This document shows, in pieces, positions 49,352-62,450 of a DNA stretch of 64,000 nucleotides. The number at the start of each line of letters is the position of its first letter. Position 1 is the first letter of the stretch. Position numbers and translations under genes: made by a program. Location: positions 12,276,001 to 12,340,000 of the forward strand of contig JBHGNT010000021.1 of the NCBI GenBank assembly GCA_043228905.1. Direction: 5' to 3'. The notes under the pieces were generated by a model. That model saw only the letters and a program-made list of their open reading frames with translations, searched no databases and was not told where the DNA came from. The DNA is from Azolla caroliniana (taxonomy: Eukaryota; Plantae; Polypodiophyta).

Positions 49352-50727
49352 CCTATGAATATTGTTAGTGATTGAGATTCCAAGTTTACTACTGACTTTT
49401 GGACTCAAGTCTTTAAGAAGCTAGAAACTACGTTGAGCATGAGTTCCGTAGATCATCCTCAGTCTGATGCACAAATTGAACAAGTTAATCAAATTATTGA
49501 GGACATGCTTCAAGCTTATGTAGCAAAAACCCCTTCTAAGTGGGAGCAATACCTTCCTATCTTAGAATTTGCCTATAATAGCTCTAAACATACATCCACT
49601 GGATATAGTCCTTTTATGTCGATGTATGGTTTTCAGCCATGTGCCCCAGTCGATGTCACGATTCATCGGGATACATTAGACATTACACGCAATTTTTTGC
49701 AAGACATGAACCAAATGTTGCATATTGCCAAAGAAAATGTCAAGACAACTCAAGATCGTGATCGATTTTATGATGATCAGGATAGATGTTCTCATACATT
49801 TACTATTGGTGAAAAAGTTTTTTTGTGTGTCCCTACTAACTCTACGTCATTGTCTACGGGCAAGTGCGCTAAGTTAGCCGCACGATATTGTGGCCCATTT
49901 GAAATCCTTAAGTGAGTTGGGTCATCTGCTTATCACCTTGCCTTACCCCGTAATGTTGGTATTCATCCTATTTTTCACGTCAATTGTCTAAAACCATTTT
50001 TAGGCTCTGGTGATAACACCATCACAATCCAGGATCTTGTAACATTAGAGGATTTTTCTTACAAACCTCTTGTTCTTGAACGAATTCTTGATTCTTGTAC
50101 TAAACGTTTACGTTCCAAAGAGATTCGGCTATTCAAGATCAAATGGATGGATAAACCTATTGATGATGCCACATGGGAACGCGAGCATACTCTTAAGGCA
50201 CAATTTCCTCACTTTATATTACAAGAGTGCAATCTTCTGAAGTACGGGAGTATGTTATGTACACATAACGTAGGTGGGGGTAGGTCACTAATATTTACAT
50301 AAGTGAAGGGTATGTTCACTAATGTTAAAAAGGGTACTAATGTGATTGGATGGAAGGAATGATAGGTGGATGCACTATCATGATTTGGACAACCAATGAA
50401 TGGAGAGTCTTTTAGAAAGACACATCTATTCAAGGGGCTTAGGAAAAGGTATAAATATGAGGCTTAGCTACCCTCATAAGCACATTACGTCGGAAGGTTG
50501 TTGTCTTAGACACCGGTGGTGCATGCTAGGCTTTCGTCTCGACGATCGTGTTTATCTCTTCCAAGGTATTAGTCATCCTAATATCCAACGATATGGGACG
50601 TCGGTGGTAGGTTGGTTATGTCTAGATCATAGCTCGAGGGTGGTCAGGTGGAACGGGTTATTCAATCCAATCTATTTTCCTTCTTTTACTTTAGTTTGGT
50701 CTATTGATTAGTAATAGAATCTTAACA
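49352..50727 (+). mobile_element. Old chromovirus 3' end (integrase, chromodomain, probable LTR from 50253)
   Basis: NIVSD.DSKFT, HPQSDAQ, LEFAYNSS, RYCGPFEI, IKWMDKPIDDATWE; LTR right boundary uncertain. Confidence 0.8.
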
Positions 50728-51199
50728 AGTACGGTATTAAAGTTGTCGATGAAAGAGGAGTATCTTGTCGACCTCATTCTTCTCCCTTTTCGAAAATTTG
50801 ACTAGTGGGGGAGGAGAAGGATAACTTCCAAAAGTTGAGATAGATGTTGAGATTTAAGAAGGGATACATAAAAGACATTATGAATAATTAAATGTAACAG
50901 GAGTTCTAAGCAAAAAACAATCAAATTGATTTTCTCGATGATTCAAGGAAATGTCCCAACTTCTTGTAGTCCAACTTTGTGCAAGAGCAAGTGGTGGCAA
51001 TATTTCAGCGTACAAGCCAAACCAAATCACCAACTTCAAAGTGTTGGGAAAACAGGTCCCACTGGATGGTAAAAGTACTAGTGGAATCGGATGGAACCAA
51101 TGGGAAAATTGAAATCGAAAATCGATTATAGCCGATTCGGGAGACTATATTTGTAAATAGTCAGAATGTGCCCTTAGTGGGCCATATTTGTAAATAGCC

Positions 51200-51316
51200 C
51201 TAAATGTTGTATTAGTATATATACATCTAGGGCAATCATTATGTTATGTAGTTGATCAAATATTGTATAGTTCTTGAAGGTAGTTGCCTCTATAATTGAA
51301 ACAGAGAGAGAGAGAG

Positions 51317-51353
<37 letters not shown>

Positions 51354-51443
51354 TAGTATATATACATCTAGGGCAATCATTATGTTATGTAGTTGATCAA
51401 ATATTGTATAGTTATTGACGGTAGTTGCCTCTATAACTGAAAC

Positions 51444-51507
<64 letters not shown>

Positions 51508-52270
51508 CGTGAGTAACTCTATAGTCGTCGATCTAACAAAGGAGAACTCATAGGTCATTGCCTGGAGATTCTCACTGTTGTATTTCCTCTCGATTATAAT
51601 GATTCTATTTCTCGAGGTTTGTGGACCCCCGTGGTTTTTTTCCTTTCGGGTTTTCCATGTAAAATATCTATGTCTCGTTTCTGAGTTCTTCGTATTCTGT
51701 TGTATCCTGTCTGTGCACCTAAACATGTATAAGAGAAACTGGTTGTGGCCAGTTCCAATCCTTACAAGTGGTATCTGAGCGATGGAGGAACATTTTAGTG
51801 GAATGTTCAAGTTAATCAGCTCCAACTACTTAGTGTGGAAGTCGAAGATGCGAGATATGCTCGACGTGTGCAAAGACTTGTCACTGCCGGTGCGATATGA
51901 CAAGACGAAGCCATACAAGATCGATGCATCGACTTGGGAAGTCATGCATTTGAAGTTGGTTGCATATATAAGGTGTTTTATAGACATGAGACTATACAAC
52001 AACTTTGATGAAGAGATGAGTGTCGACATCCTTTGGAAGAAGATTGGCATGATGTTCGAAAACAAGAACGATGTGAATAGAGTCTCAGTTTTCAGAAAAA
52101 TCATGAGACTCCAGTATCAAGATGGCTCCAGCATGGCCGAGCATATTAATGCCTTCCAAGGACTGATGAATCAAACCACCTCTCTAGAAGTACCTCTTGC
52201 CGACGAGGTATTAGCACTATTGTTGCTGGGATCCCTTCCAGACAACTGGGAAACGCTCGTTGTCACATTG
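51200..52270 (+). mobile_element. Ty1/copia 5' end: LTR remnant with microsatellites, tRNA-iMet PBS (51769-51780), gag N-terminus (from 51782)
   Basis: CTTACA AG TGGTATCTGAGC; NYLVWKSKM...LLLGSLPDNWE is copia gag (UBN2-type); left boundary approximate. Confidence 0.82.
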
Positions 52271-52357
52271 TTAATCATCGATTATATCTAACATGCCCCC
52301 TCAATGGTCAAGCCATTAAGTTGACTTTGAATTGGGCCAATTCCTAGTCGTTGAAGG

Positions 52358-53624
52358 CAGTGTTGCCTTTTGACGGCCGTTTTGAACGTTTTTGGCAAAT
52401 TTAACCGTATATGAAGGTTAATTTAAAAATGAAACCATCAATCTTGACGGGCATATGTTTTATGAAAACGTAAAAATGAAGGCTTAAAATTTCCTAATAC
52501 CATCAAATTTTACTAAGACCAATACAATAGTATTATAGTCCTAGGTAGTAGGAACAATGTTAACATTTTGGTTGCATTGGGAGTGTAGGAATTTGAAAGG
52601 CTCATAGATGTGTGTAACAAAAAGGTAAAAAAACTAATAGAGTCTAAATTATGAATCTTTTCTTCCCAATTCCCCGTTTCCCCATCTAAGACCTTCCTTT
52701 CCCTTTTCCCCCTTTTTACCCCATTTCCCCCCTTTTCTCCTGTTGTTTGTTCATTGCTCCCTCAACCCTACACCTTGCTGGAAGCTCGCAGCTCAGTGCT
52801 CACTATCCCTACTCGAAGCTTGTTGCTCGTTGCCTGCTACTCATAGATTCAACAACATCTCCTGCAACAATCCTGCTCACCCATCTAAGGTAGCTCTCTC
52901 TCTCTCTCTCTCTCTCTCTCTTTAAGATTAAAATAGACTAAACCATCCTCATTGAAGATTTCATAAAATTCCATTGCCATGGACACCACTTAAAAAGCAC
53001 ATAGGTGATACATCATGGTAGAAGTAGCAATTAAGAATCAAAATCATAGTTCAGGATACAAAATTGACAAAGGCTCAAACCTAATACAAAATACAAGAAA
53101 CTTTAATCAATGTGCCCCCTTAAGATCATTAACATCATATGGAATAGGTGTAACAATCTCCAAGATAGCGATAAAACCAGGTTTTGGTCCTTCCGGCTGC
53201 CTCTTAGTAGAAATCTTCTCACCTTTAGCTTTGGCTTCAGCCTTGACCAGATCATTCTTCTTGATTCTTTCAATCAAATCCTCCTTGCAACGTGAGGGCT
53301 GCACGTGCTCAATACGAACATGTATTCTCTTCCTCACAATTCTAGTGTTCACCTGTTTGTTCATCTGGACACCAATCCCTCGTTTTGTGACATTCTAGAC
53401 AACACCTGTGCGTCCATGGTAGAATTTGTGAGGCATACCCTTGTGGATGGCACCATTCACCTTGATGTCGACATAGTCATCGATTCTATAGGTGCGAAGG
53501 TAGGTGGAGAGATGGATATAACCTTTCCACCTGAACGGCGAGCGAAGAGATCACATGTACGAGATCTCTGTCCATGTCCTGCAGGCATCTCTAGCGATCT
53601 TCTTCTTCTTCTTCTACATGCGTC

Positions 53625-53659
<35 letters not shown>

Positions 53660-54506
53660 GTATGAACTTTAGATAATAGAGACTCTTCTTCTTCTACCTG
53701 TGTCGTCTCTCTCTCTCTCTCTCTCTCTCTCTTTGGTATGAACTTTAGATTAATAGAGACTGACATTTCATGCTTTTGTATATTATTGTCTCAATACAAA
53801 TCCTCAACTTTTAACAATGATCCTTCTCATCATATCAATAGTTATTTCCTATGGTTAGGAAATTACTACATATCCAATGTTGATGGCTAGAGCATTTTCC
53901 GACTCTATTAATGGCTAAATCATTCTTATATTTCCCTCTACAGAAATTTACAATGGCTTGCCTAATATCATTGTTGCTTCTGTTAACTACCAATGTTGCT
54001 CGTACTTGTGCCATGTTTTCTTCTTTTGATTGCACCTATGGTTCCTTGATGGTGTGGGATGATACACCTTCAAGCAATTCATTTTCCTTCAAGCAATTCG
54101 TTTTCCACCATCCGATCACTTACCACATTGTTTTGCTTTTCTTGAATTCTTTGTTCTCTTTTAGCTTCTTGGTTTGCTCTCTTGTCACGCCTTCTCTGGG
54201 CTTTCGTTGGTTTTAGTTGTTGAGTTCCAAAGAGATGAAAAGAAATCGATTGAATATAGAGCCTTTAGATGATTTAATGCGAGTCTCATTGAATGGGTCA
54301 CACATTGAAGAAATACAATGGGATCGTGTACATGAAAATTGGAAAGATGCAAAGGATAGAAGGGTATAATATATTGTTTCGTACAAATATTCAATGTATT
54401 TACTTTTTGAAGGGCATTTTTTTTTTACAAACCGTCATTTGACGGGCAAAATTTTTGGACTACCGTTCTCATGACAAGCAATGTTAGCCATCAAAAGGCA
54501 ACACTG
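52358..54506 (+). mobile_element. Non-autonomous hAT DNA transposon carrying an RPL21 retrocopy
   Basis: 20-bp TIRs CAGTGTTGCCTTTTGA(C/T)GGC (19/20 match); perfect 8-bp TSD GTTGAAGG; transposase C-terminal remnant [25 protein letters not shown] at 54241-54369. Confidence 0.92.
53107..53588 (-). pseudogene. RPL21: Intronless 60S ribosomal protein L21 (eL21) pseudogene
   Basis: MPAGHGQRSRT...[14 protein letters not shown]...[15 protein letters not shown]...[12 protein letters not shown]; one frameshift, a TGG>TAG stop, small deletions. Confidence 0.93.
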
Positions 54507-54629
54507 GTTGAAGGTGTTGTTGTAGTTGTTCAGCTCCAAGTGCCTTTTGTGACGATGTCTGCAACATTTTCTGATATCGAATAGTACTCAAGCTCTACAG
54601 TCTCATTATTTATTAGCTAGAAAGTGCTA

Positions 54630-54780
54630 GAAATCTCAAAGAAAACCGGCTTTGATGAAATCCGGAGCATTGTGGATGACATCCGGGAAGTTACGGGATG
54701 GGAGTGCCCTGTAGATAAAAATAGTGTATACGCCTTATGTCAACTACATGAGGTGTACATAGATGAGAAGTGACGGCACA
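54630..54780 (+). mobile_element. Small diverged gag fragment of the FLDD gypsy lineage
   Basis: DIREVTGWECPVD...EVYIDEK aligns with REITGWSDPVE...EALVEDK of A1. Confidence 0.55.
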
Positions 54781-55074
54781 CTAAAGGATCCTGGAGGCTA
54801 AATTATGATAAGGTAGCTCTCCACTCTTATTTTCGTAATATTTGACTATATAGTGAGATTTGACGAGGGATAAATGGACATACCAACGGAACGGGAGACC
54901 CTAGTAGGAGAAGCACTGAAGACCGCAATACGATTCGCATGGTTGGTCATAGACTGGCTAGTCTTAACAACGAGTAAGTAGTGTGCAATGCGAGGGTACT
55001 CATGTAATGAACTTTCGCTTCATTTCATTTCCTAGTGGTGTTGTTGCGGCCGGTGACACTCCATCCATCAACAC

Positions 55075-55260
55075 GAACATGGACACATAGACGTGGACAC
55101 GGACATGAGCACAGGCACGGACAAGGACAAGGACAAGGACAAGGACACGAACATGAACAAAACAAACAGAATAAGAAGCAGAAGCAGAAGCAGAAACAGA
55201 AACACAAAAGAAAAGAAAAGAAAAGAGAAGAGAAGAGAAGAGAAGAGAAGAGAAGAAAAC
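55075..55260. repeat. Compound simple repeats (GGACAA, AAGCAG, AAAAG, AAGAG)n upstream of the gene
   Basis: Visible tandem hexamer and pentamer arrays. Confidence 0.85.
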
Positions 55261-55384
55261 AGAGCAAAGCAAGCAGGAGGAGAGTGGTTTCTTTTCTACC
55301 CTGTTTCTGTTTCAGTTTCTGTCTGTGTTTTCTGTTTCATTCCTCTCTCCGTCTTGGATTCAGCTTCTTTGATTCGGAGGGGCC

Positions 55385-58300
55385 ATGGCGGATGCAGACA
55401 TGCGTGATGCAGTTGCCGCCCTACCTCCTCCTTCTACCTACGACGAGGAGGCCATGTTCAAGGCTGCGGAGACAGGGTCCTCTGCAGACGAGCAGCTCTT
55501 CCTTGCGCTCTCCTCCACGCCACACCTCCTCCGCCAAGCATGCTCCCTCCGAAACCAAGACTCACGCTCCGCCCTCCATGTTGCCGCTGCTTCTGGCCAT
55601 GCTCAGGTACTTCCTTCTTGTCCTTGTCCAAACAAAAAAGCCAAGCTCATATGGTTGTCACTCATTTGGTAAGCTTTAACCCTATGGCAGAGACCAGAAA
55701 GAAGATCGTGCATTCAATTCCTACATTCCGCACTGGAATATAGTCAAGTAGTGCACATACTGAGATTTGAATCCAACTGCATGGGTTAGCGAAACAAATT
55801 TGCCTTACCCCCCCCCCCCCCCCCCCTGCATTCCCCAGTGGCATCTAGAAATGTAATGCATATAGTGAGATTCTTGTCTTAGCTCGGTTTTTATACAAAA
55901 ATGGAGAAAGAAAGAAAGAAAGATATATTAACGTCTTCTTAAGACCAAATTTGGCCCATGAGAGATGTTATATCAAATTTCAAAGAATGTAAGAGTGGAA
56001 GGGTTTTGATAGCAGAACTGAGCCATCTAAGAAGCTTCCATGACATTGGTTTCACAAAAGCTGTGATCCATAGCCCATTTGGTAGTATTTATTTTAGAAC
56101 TGAAAAGAAACTACATGACATGAATGTGAACTGCTTTTCTGATTCTGCAGATTGTGAGGATTCTTTGTGGAGATCCTGAACTTGCACGGGTTGTTGTGAA
56201 TGCTGGTGATGAAGAAGGATGGACACCACTCCACTCAGCTGTAAGCAGTGGCCACATTTCAGCTGTAGAAGTTTTGCTAGAAGTAGGTAAAAAATTCATC
56301 ATTATATTTCTCACATCTGAAACATTTGGTACGACAACTTCTTTGTGAAAATTTGACTTAAAAACAAAGATGTGTAGCATCATCTATAGTCTTTCTATAA
56401 ATATTAAAGTGATTCATTGTGCTTGTTTCCGCAATAATGACTAGTTCATAGGTTTGGTCCTGAGATCTATATGATTTAAGTTGTTTTGAAAATGCATTGG
56501 AAGGCAGTGTGGCTAATTTAATGCCTGATTGGAATTCTGTCTGAAATTCTCATTGATATGATCGTCCAACAATTATAAAAATCATTTCCCTTATGAATGC
56601 TTTTGTGAGGTACTGATTCAATCTTCAAAAGTAGCTTAGTACATTGCAAAACTTGGTATTCCATTGATCTTTATTACGCCCAAGTATTGCAATAATCCAT
56701 GCTTCCATATTCAATAAAATTCAAGCATATGCATGTGTTGGGCAGCTATAATTGTCAAGTTTCTGCATTTGTTACTTTGAGGATGCTTATTAGCAAGAGC
56801 TCATGTCATCAATGCTTTCATACCTGGTTTACTGTGTGTCTTTTCTACAGCATCGTCTTCTCTGATTGGCTTATTTAGCAAGGTTAGGATCAGAAAATAT
56901 TACTCTCGCAAAAATTGTTAATTGATTTAATCCACTTTGTTTCCTTCCACAGCTACTTGTCTTGCTGTGTACACATTTACAATTTTCTATCACGATGTTT
57001 ATTTTAGGTATTCCTCCATGCAACGCAAGCAGGAATGCAATTATCATTCTTTTGGCATCTCATGTGTTTGTGGGTCTTGGACTCAGATTCAGTGCCAAAC
57101 AATAACACCATGCCACGTATTTATGCACTCTGCTGTAGATTATATCCAAACTAGTAATGAACATCAACTTTGTTCAGGATGAGCCACTCCACCGACTGCC
57201 ATTGAAGCCTTCAAAACTCACTCACATGCTTTCCATGTATGGTTGAATCATACTTACACATACATGCTTTCATTGTTGAGGAATCAGGAGTACCACTTGC
57301 TTCGATTTTTGTGGAGATCACCTTGAAATTTTGTGGATTTATTTGACCTCTGCACAGCTGAGAACAATATCATAAATTCTTATAGGCGGCTGAGAGTTAA
57401 TTTGTAATTGTTAACAATAGCACAAAGATGGAGAACAATCTGACATTGGCAAGAGTGCATGTTGCATGTGCAGCAGAAATGAGGGTGAATACATTTATAT
57501 TTAGAAGAGCTGTGATACAAATTACACTCTGGCGTCTGACAGCGACCCACAACCTACAATGTGCCTGAAGATGGGCTTATATCAGACTGTCTACATATGA
57601 CAATGAGTTTGCAGTGATCCTCTGGCATTGCATTCTTGTTCCTGAGACACTCTCATCCTTTATACTGGTACTGCACCTCAACATCTTCTGTAGCTACTGG
57701 CCAGATGATGAACACCCTATGCACTCTATAGTGACCAGCTTATTCCTTTGTGGTGGAATCAACACCACAGTTGGACAATTTGTCTTGCCTGTCCCCTTGT
57801 TTCTCTGGCTGATTGACTCTTATCTTTGTAGTGCCATCACACTTTCATCTCTCAGCTCCATTAACCGAACACAATAAATTGCCCCTTACACTTGTGCCCG
57901 ACATTGATAATTCAACCCAAGATTCAACTATGCCATCACCTAGAGTAGTTATTGCAACCGAATAAACACACTACAAAACAGGCTCGAGGGAAACATGAGA
58001 TTCATCATACCGTCTCCAAGAGTACACATTGCAACGGAAAAAATTAACATTACAAACAGACTTTCAGTAAGGAGAGGTTTTTAAACCAAATGGCACTCAA
58101 GACCACTGACATTGGCTCACAAGCCTAAAATGTGCACCATATTGGACTCATATATATTATATCTACTTACTATAAGATTACAATGACAATGCATCCTGAA
58201 GTCTTGGTCTTCAGACGTGGGTAGTGCTTCCAGGGATGAACCTCCTGTTGAACTTTCAACTAGACCCTTTCATGGTGGTATCTACATCCCAGTGGACAGC

Positions 58301-59635
58301 CTGTCACACCTGTACCCCCTGAAAGAGATGTGATGGTGTGATCAGTTGGTCCAAAACACAAAAGGAGTGGGCTGCTGTCTGAGGAGAGAAAGTAGAGTAG
58401 ATTGTTTATAGAAATGGAGAGCAAGATTGAGCCTCTAAAAGTCCCTTGGGACCAATTCTCGTTGATAAGTGACTTTTAGGTCAGTTGGGCATGTTCACAT
58501 GGCCAATGACCAAAAGTTATAAACATAATGTAAATGTCTATAACTTCCAAATTGGGGCCAAAAAATATGGTAAAAATATGTCTGCATGGAAGGGTCAAAA
58601 TATACAAAAAAGAGTCCTTGGGGCCTTTAACCCCAACACTCCCTTGATGCCCATTACGCCACTTGACTCCTGACCTCCACTCCACATTGTAAACAAGGCC
58701 TTGAATTTTTGTTTAACATGTACTTTAAAGTGCCTTGATAGAGCTTGGTGTCATCCCAACACAATAGTAAGGTGATCATCACAGAACAGAGTCCAGTCTC
58801 CAACTCATGCTGTAACTTACATTTTATTGGTCAGTCATAGACTATAGCTTCGGTCTGTCTGAAACAGGTCACAAAGAACTTGAGGATTTTCTGCTCCTTA
58901 GTCTTTTGAAAGCTTTTGGCTTTTCTTATCTTTTTCATAGAATCATAGGTCTCCCAGAATTATCATTTCTTGGAAGTTTGTGGATAGATTAGCCATTATT
59001 AACGTGGATTCTATATGCCCAGTTGGCTGAAGCTTCCATATTTTGGCAGGGGCTAATGTGTCTGCTGTAACTAATGAGGGTCGCACTGCCCTTCATTATG
59101 CGGCAAGTAAAGGCCGTACAAAGGTGGTGGGAATTTTGATTGAACATGGTGCCAAAGTTAATCAGAAAGATAAGGTTGGTTGCAAAATATGCCTGGCAGA
59201 TTACTGAAGTCATAAAAACCATTTTTTAAAAGTTTTTCCATGTCATTATGTTATGTTCCACCTCAGTTTGGTTGTACTCCATTACATCGTGCTGCAAGTG
59301 CGGGTCAAGCAGAAGTATGTGAGTTGTTGATAGAGGAAGGTGCAAATGTAGATGCAGTTGACAATACTGGGCAAACTTCTCTTATGTATGCCACCATATG
59401 TAATGACAAGCAGGTACTTATGTTTCTCTTTCTAAAATGCACACAAGTGGAATTTATCACACTGGAACCATTGTAATGATTGGATTTTGGTGCTGTTCAG
59501 GTTGCATTGCTGCTCATCAGGCATGGAGCTGATGTGGACATTGAAGATAAAGAAGGTTATACTGTTCTTGGACGTGCATGTGATGAGATTCGGCCTTTAC
59601 TCATTGATGCTGCCAAGGCAATGCTGGAAGGTTGA
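55385..59635 (+). CDS. PSMD10: Ankyrin-repeat protein, gankyrin/26S proteasome non-ATPase subunit 10-like, ~254 aa; exons 55385-55606, 56151-56286, 59050-59174, 59267-59413, 59501-59635
   Basis: GT-AG introns with consistent phases (765 nt spliced); ankyrin motifs SALHVAA, GWTPLHSAV, GRTALHYAASKG, GCTPLHRAAS; plant-typical C-terminus IDAAKAMLEG. Confidence 0.92.
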
Positions 59636-62019
59636 CATGTGATTTTATTTCCCATCAGAGTTCTGGAGGCAACATGGTCTTGGTTTGAAACGCAGGCATT
59701 TCAGAAAGGTTACCTTTAAGGTAGTAAATCCTCAAGAAAAGAACAATGCCATCTCTCTTCCACAGTGACAATCTGATTGTTGGGCTCATATGATTCCTAA
59801 CAATGTGCTGTAGCTATGTAGGTTTGGTGCCTGCTGCTAGAACCCAAAACATCTTGTCATTATATTGCCAGTGGAGAATTCAAAATATTCTACCTAAAAT
59901 ATTTTGGAACAATTTCAGTAGGCTTTCAAGCGCTTTGCACTAATAACCCGTGTTTAGAAATGAGAAGCGTAGAAATTCCCGTGCAAATTCATTTTATTGT
60001 AGTTTCTTTTTAAATTTTGAATATGTAGCTCCTCTACTAGTGGCCTTGCTCTATTCCTTGGCACCAGAATTATGTTTTTAGTATCGTAACCCAAAAGGAT
60101 TTATATAGTAACTTGAGTTGTATTAATTGCCTAGTTTAACTACCCTAATTGGCTCCCTCTAGATATCTTCCATTACAAAACTTTGATTAAAGTAAATTAT
60201 CTATAAAAAAAATGTGATCTATTGTAGTTAATTTCACAAATCAGACCACCGATTTTGAGTTCACTTGCTGAAATCATGGCTATTATTGTACCTGTATTAC
60301 TGTTGATGGTTTAAGAATGCAAGGTCATAGTTGTATGGTCATGAAATCACATGAAGTAAGATGCAACTACAAATAAACTAGGATGATGTTCAAAGGTCAT
60401 CCAGATCTGAACTACTTTTGTCAAAGGGCATGGCTTAATTTACGGTAATGACTTGTGGAATCAAAGGATAACAAAGGGGAACAGTGCACAATAAGACAAC
60501 ATGTGGGCTACAGTTCTAAAAAGTTGGGCAAGCTGCAAACCAGATCCAACCATGTCTTATTGGAATGGCAAATGTGGAAACTTTGTGATACATTTGTTCT
60601 TCGGTAGAGGTACCTCATCTTCTTGACATATATTGGCTTCAATCTTGTGTTTCATCTAGGTGACACCCCCTCCCCCTCTTCCTCGAAAAATAAACAAAAT
60701 AAACAAAAAAAATAAAAAAACGGGACTTTTGTGTTCATTTTCAGTCCCAACTATTTCATTCTTTTTTCAGATAGGGCATTTGTCTTAAAGCGTGTTATGG
60801 AGATCTTTACATTCATTTGGGGTTTTTGAACAATTACTTGGGTGATGGATGTCAAAAGCTTTAACACTAACAAATATTTGGAGTTGTGGACTCTCATGAG
60901 TCACATGGTGTCCGTGGCAATGGAAATCCTTATTTGCTATCATGAATTTGTTTATGAATTCTTTAGGAAGGATGCAAAACCACTTCTCGGCTTGGTTATT
61001 GAGGGCCATTTAAAAAATTTCATTCACTTCACATTAGAGATTGTTTTATAAGCCCAAAGGACTTGTTGGAGCTGCTCAATTTTATTGTGTGAATCCCTTT
61101 CCTTGAAATACTTGAGAACCATCTTGCTAATGGGACAAATTTGTCATCGTTGTAAGCCAACTTGTGGTTCATTAACAATCCTATCATTTTGATCACCTTC
61201 AAGGAAAGTAAGTTGATGATATTTTTCTTTAAAAATTTATGGGCAAGTGTTGAATATAGTACTGATGCTATTAAACACCGTATCGTTGAAGAGAACTTTC
61301 CACATTGCTAATAGTTTGCTCAATGGCATGGGAAAGGTTTGTATCTCAAATTGTATGATCTACGCTTGCTAAGATGACTTGGAATATGTCGCACACACGT
61401 AATAACTAGTAATCATTTCCGTTGTCTAAATGCATCTTGATATTAATGATTATGTGATGAAATTGCCTGCCATTGTGAGGCTAGCAAGGAACATAATGAA
61501 TAGCATAGATTTTCACTCACAAGTGAATTTTTGGTTAAAATTTCATTTAGTATGGTCTACAAAGACTAGCCTCAATCTAATAGACCAATCGAACAAGCGT
61601 TTAGATAAGTGAGGATACGTTTGCTTATGAGAACAATAACTTCCGATTATGTAATTTTCTCCAAACATACATTGATGGATATAGTTCTTTGATATTGATG
61701 TATTATTTTAGCCATGAGTCTCAATTGATGTTAACATTAACCAAGATGAGTTATACACAACATAAACTATCTAAAGAATATACAAACCTATGTTACACAT
61801 AGCACGAGGCAATTTATGACAGCTTGAGATAGAGCACGATTTTTAGATAGAAGGTAATTCTGTGTATTTCTAAGCTCAACTTTGTCCATGGATAAATGCA
61901 TTAAAATAGCCCACAAATTTGTGGACCTTGTCATTAAATGTAATGGTTCATTTGCCTAATTGATCAATCTTCTATTTGAGAGAACACATCAAAGCACACT
62001 TCTCTCAAATAGTCATTGC

Positions 62020-62450
62020 GAGTGTGCAATCATTTAAAGTGGGAGAGTATGTTGTATAACCAAAACGGATCATGAAATATATTCTTTGTAGTTTTTTCTA
62101 ATCTTATGAGGAACGACTACATGTGGGTTAGTTCTGGAAGGATTACGAGGTTATTGATTGATTTACAATTCTATGGTGTGAGATAACTATTAAGTGTATT
62201 ATTACTTGACCACTTCACACCGTAGGTCATGGTATGGTCACACACCATGACCTAGGGTTTTTGCCTATATAAGAAGGCTAGCTACCTTCTTAGTGAAGGA
62301 GTCTTAGCTTATGTTGAGCCTATGTAACTATGGTTATGGCTCTTGTTAACGAAGCACATGAGAACCTTGTGGAACTCAAGGTACGAATCAGATAATGTAT
62401 GGGACATCGAGGAGGTTTGGGTTCATCTAACACCGTTGGTAGGGGGTGTT
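62020..62450 (+). mobile_element. Probable old chromovirus PPT plus LTR remnant
   Basis: GAGTGTGCAATC..AAAGTGGGAGAGTA-TGTTG resembles the PPT/LTR junction at 50225-50260; right end not defined. Confidence 0.35.

Larger units (their letters stand above)
52271..54620 (-). mobile_element. Copia 3' remnant (RNase H end, PPT) split by the hAT insertion
   Basis: Minus strand VELEYYSISENVADIVTK at ~54540-54600; TTGAGGGGGCATGTTAG at ~52288-52304. Confidence 0.65.

Noticed and set aside
55000-55679. Lys/Arg-, Cys- and Ser-rich ORFs upstream of the gene
   Set aside because: Translations of simple repeats
56287-59049. Short ORFs and possible TE debris in the 2.8-kb intron 2
   Set aside because: No recognisable motif, TIR or TSD could be established by eye
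60000-62000. Possible decayed transposase or coding remnants downstream of the gene
   Set aside because: Only short AT-rich ORFs with no assignable family; needs a translated search
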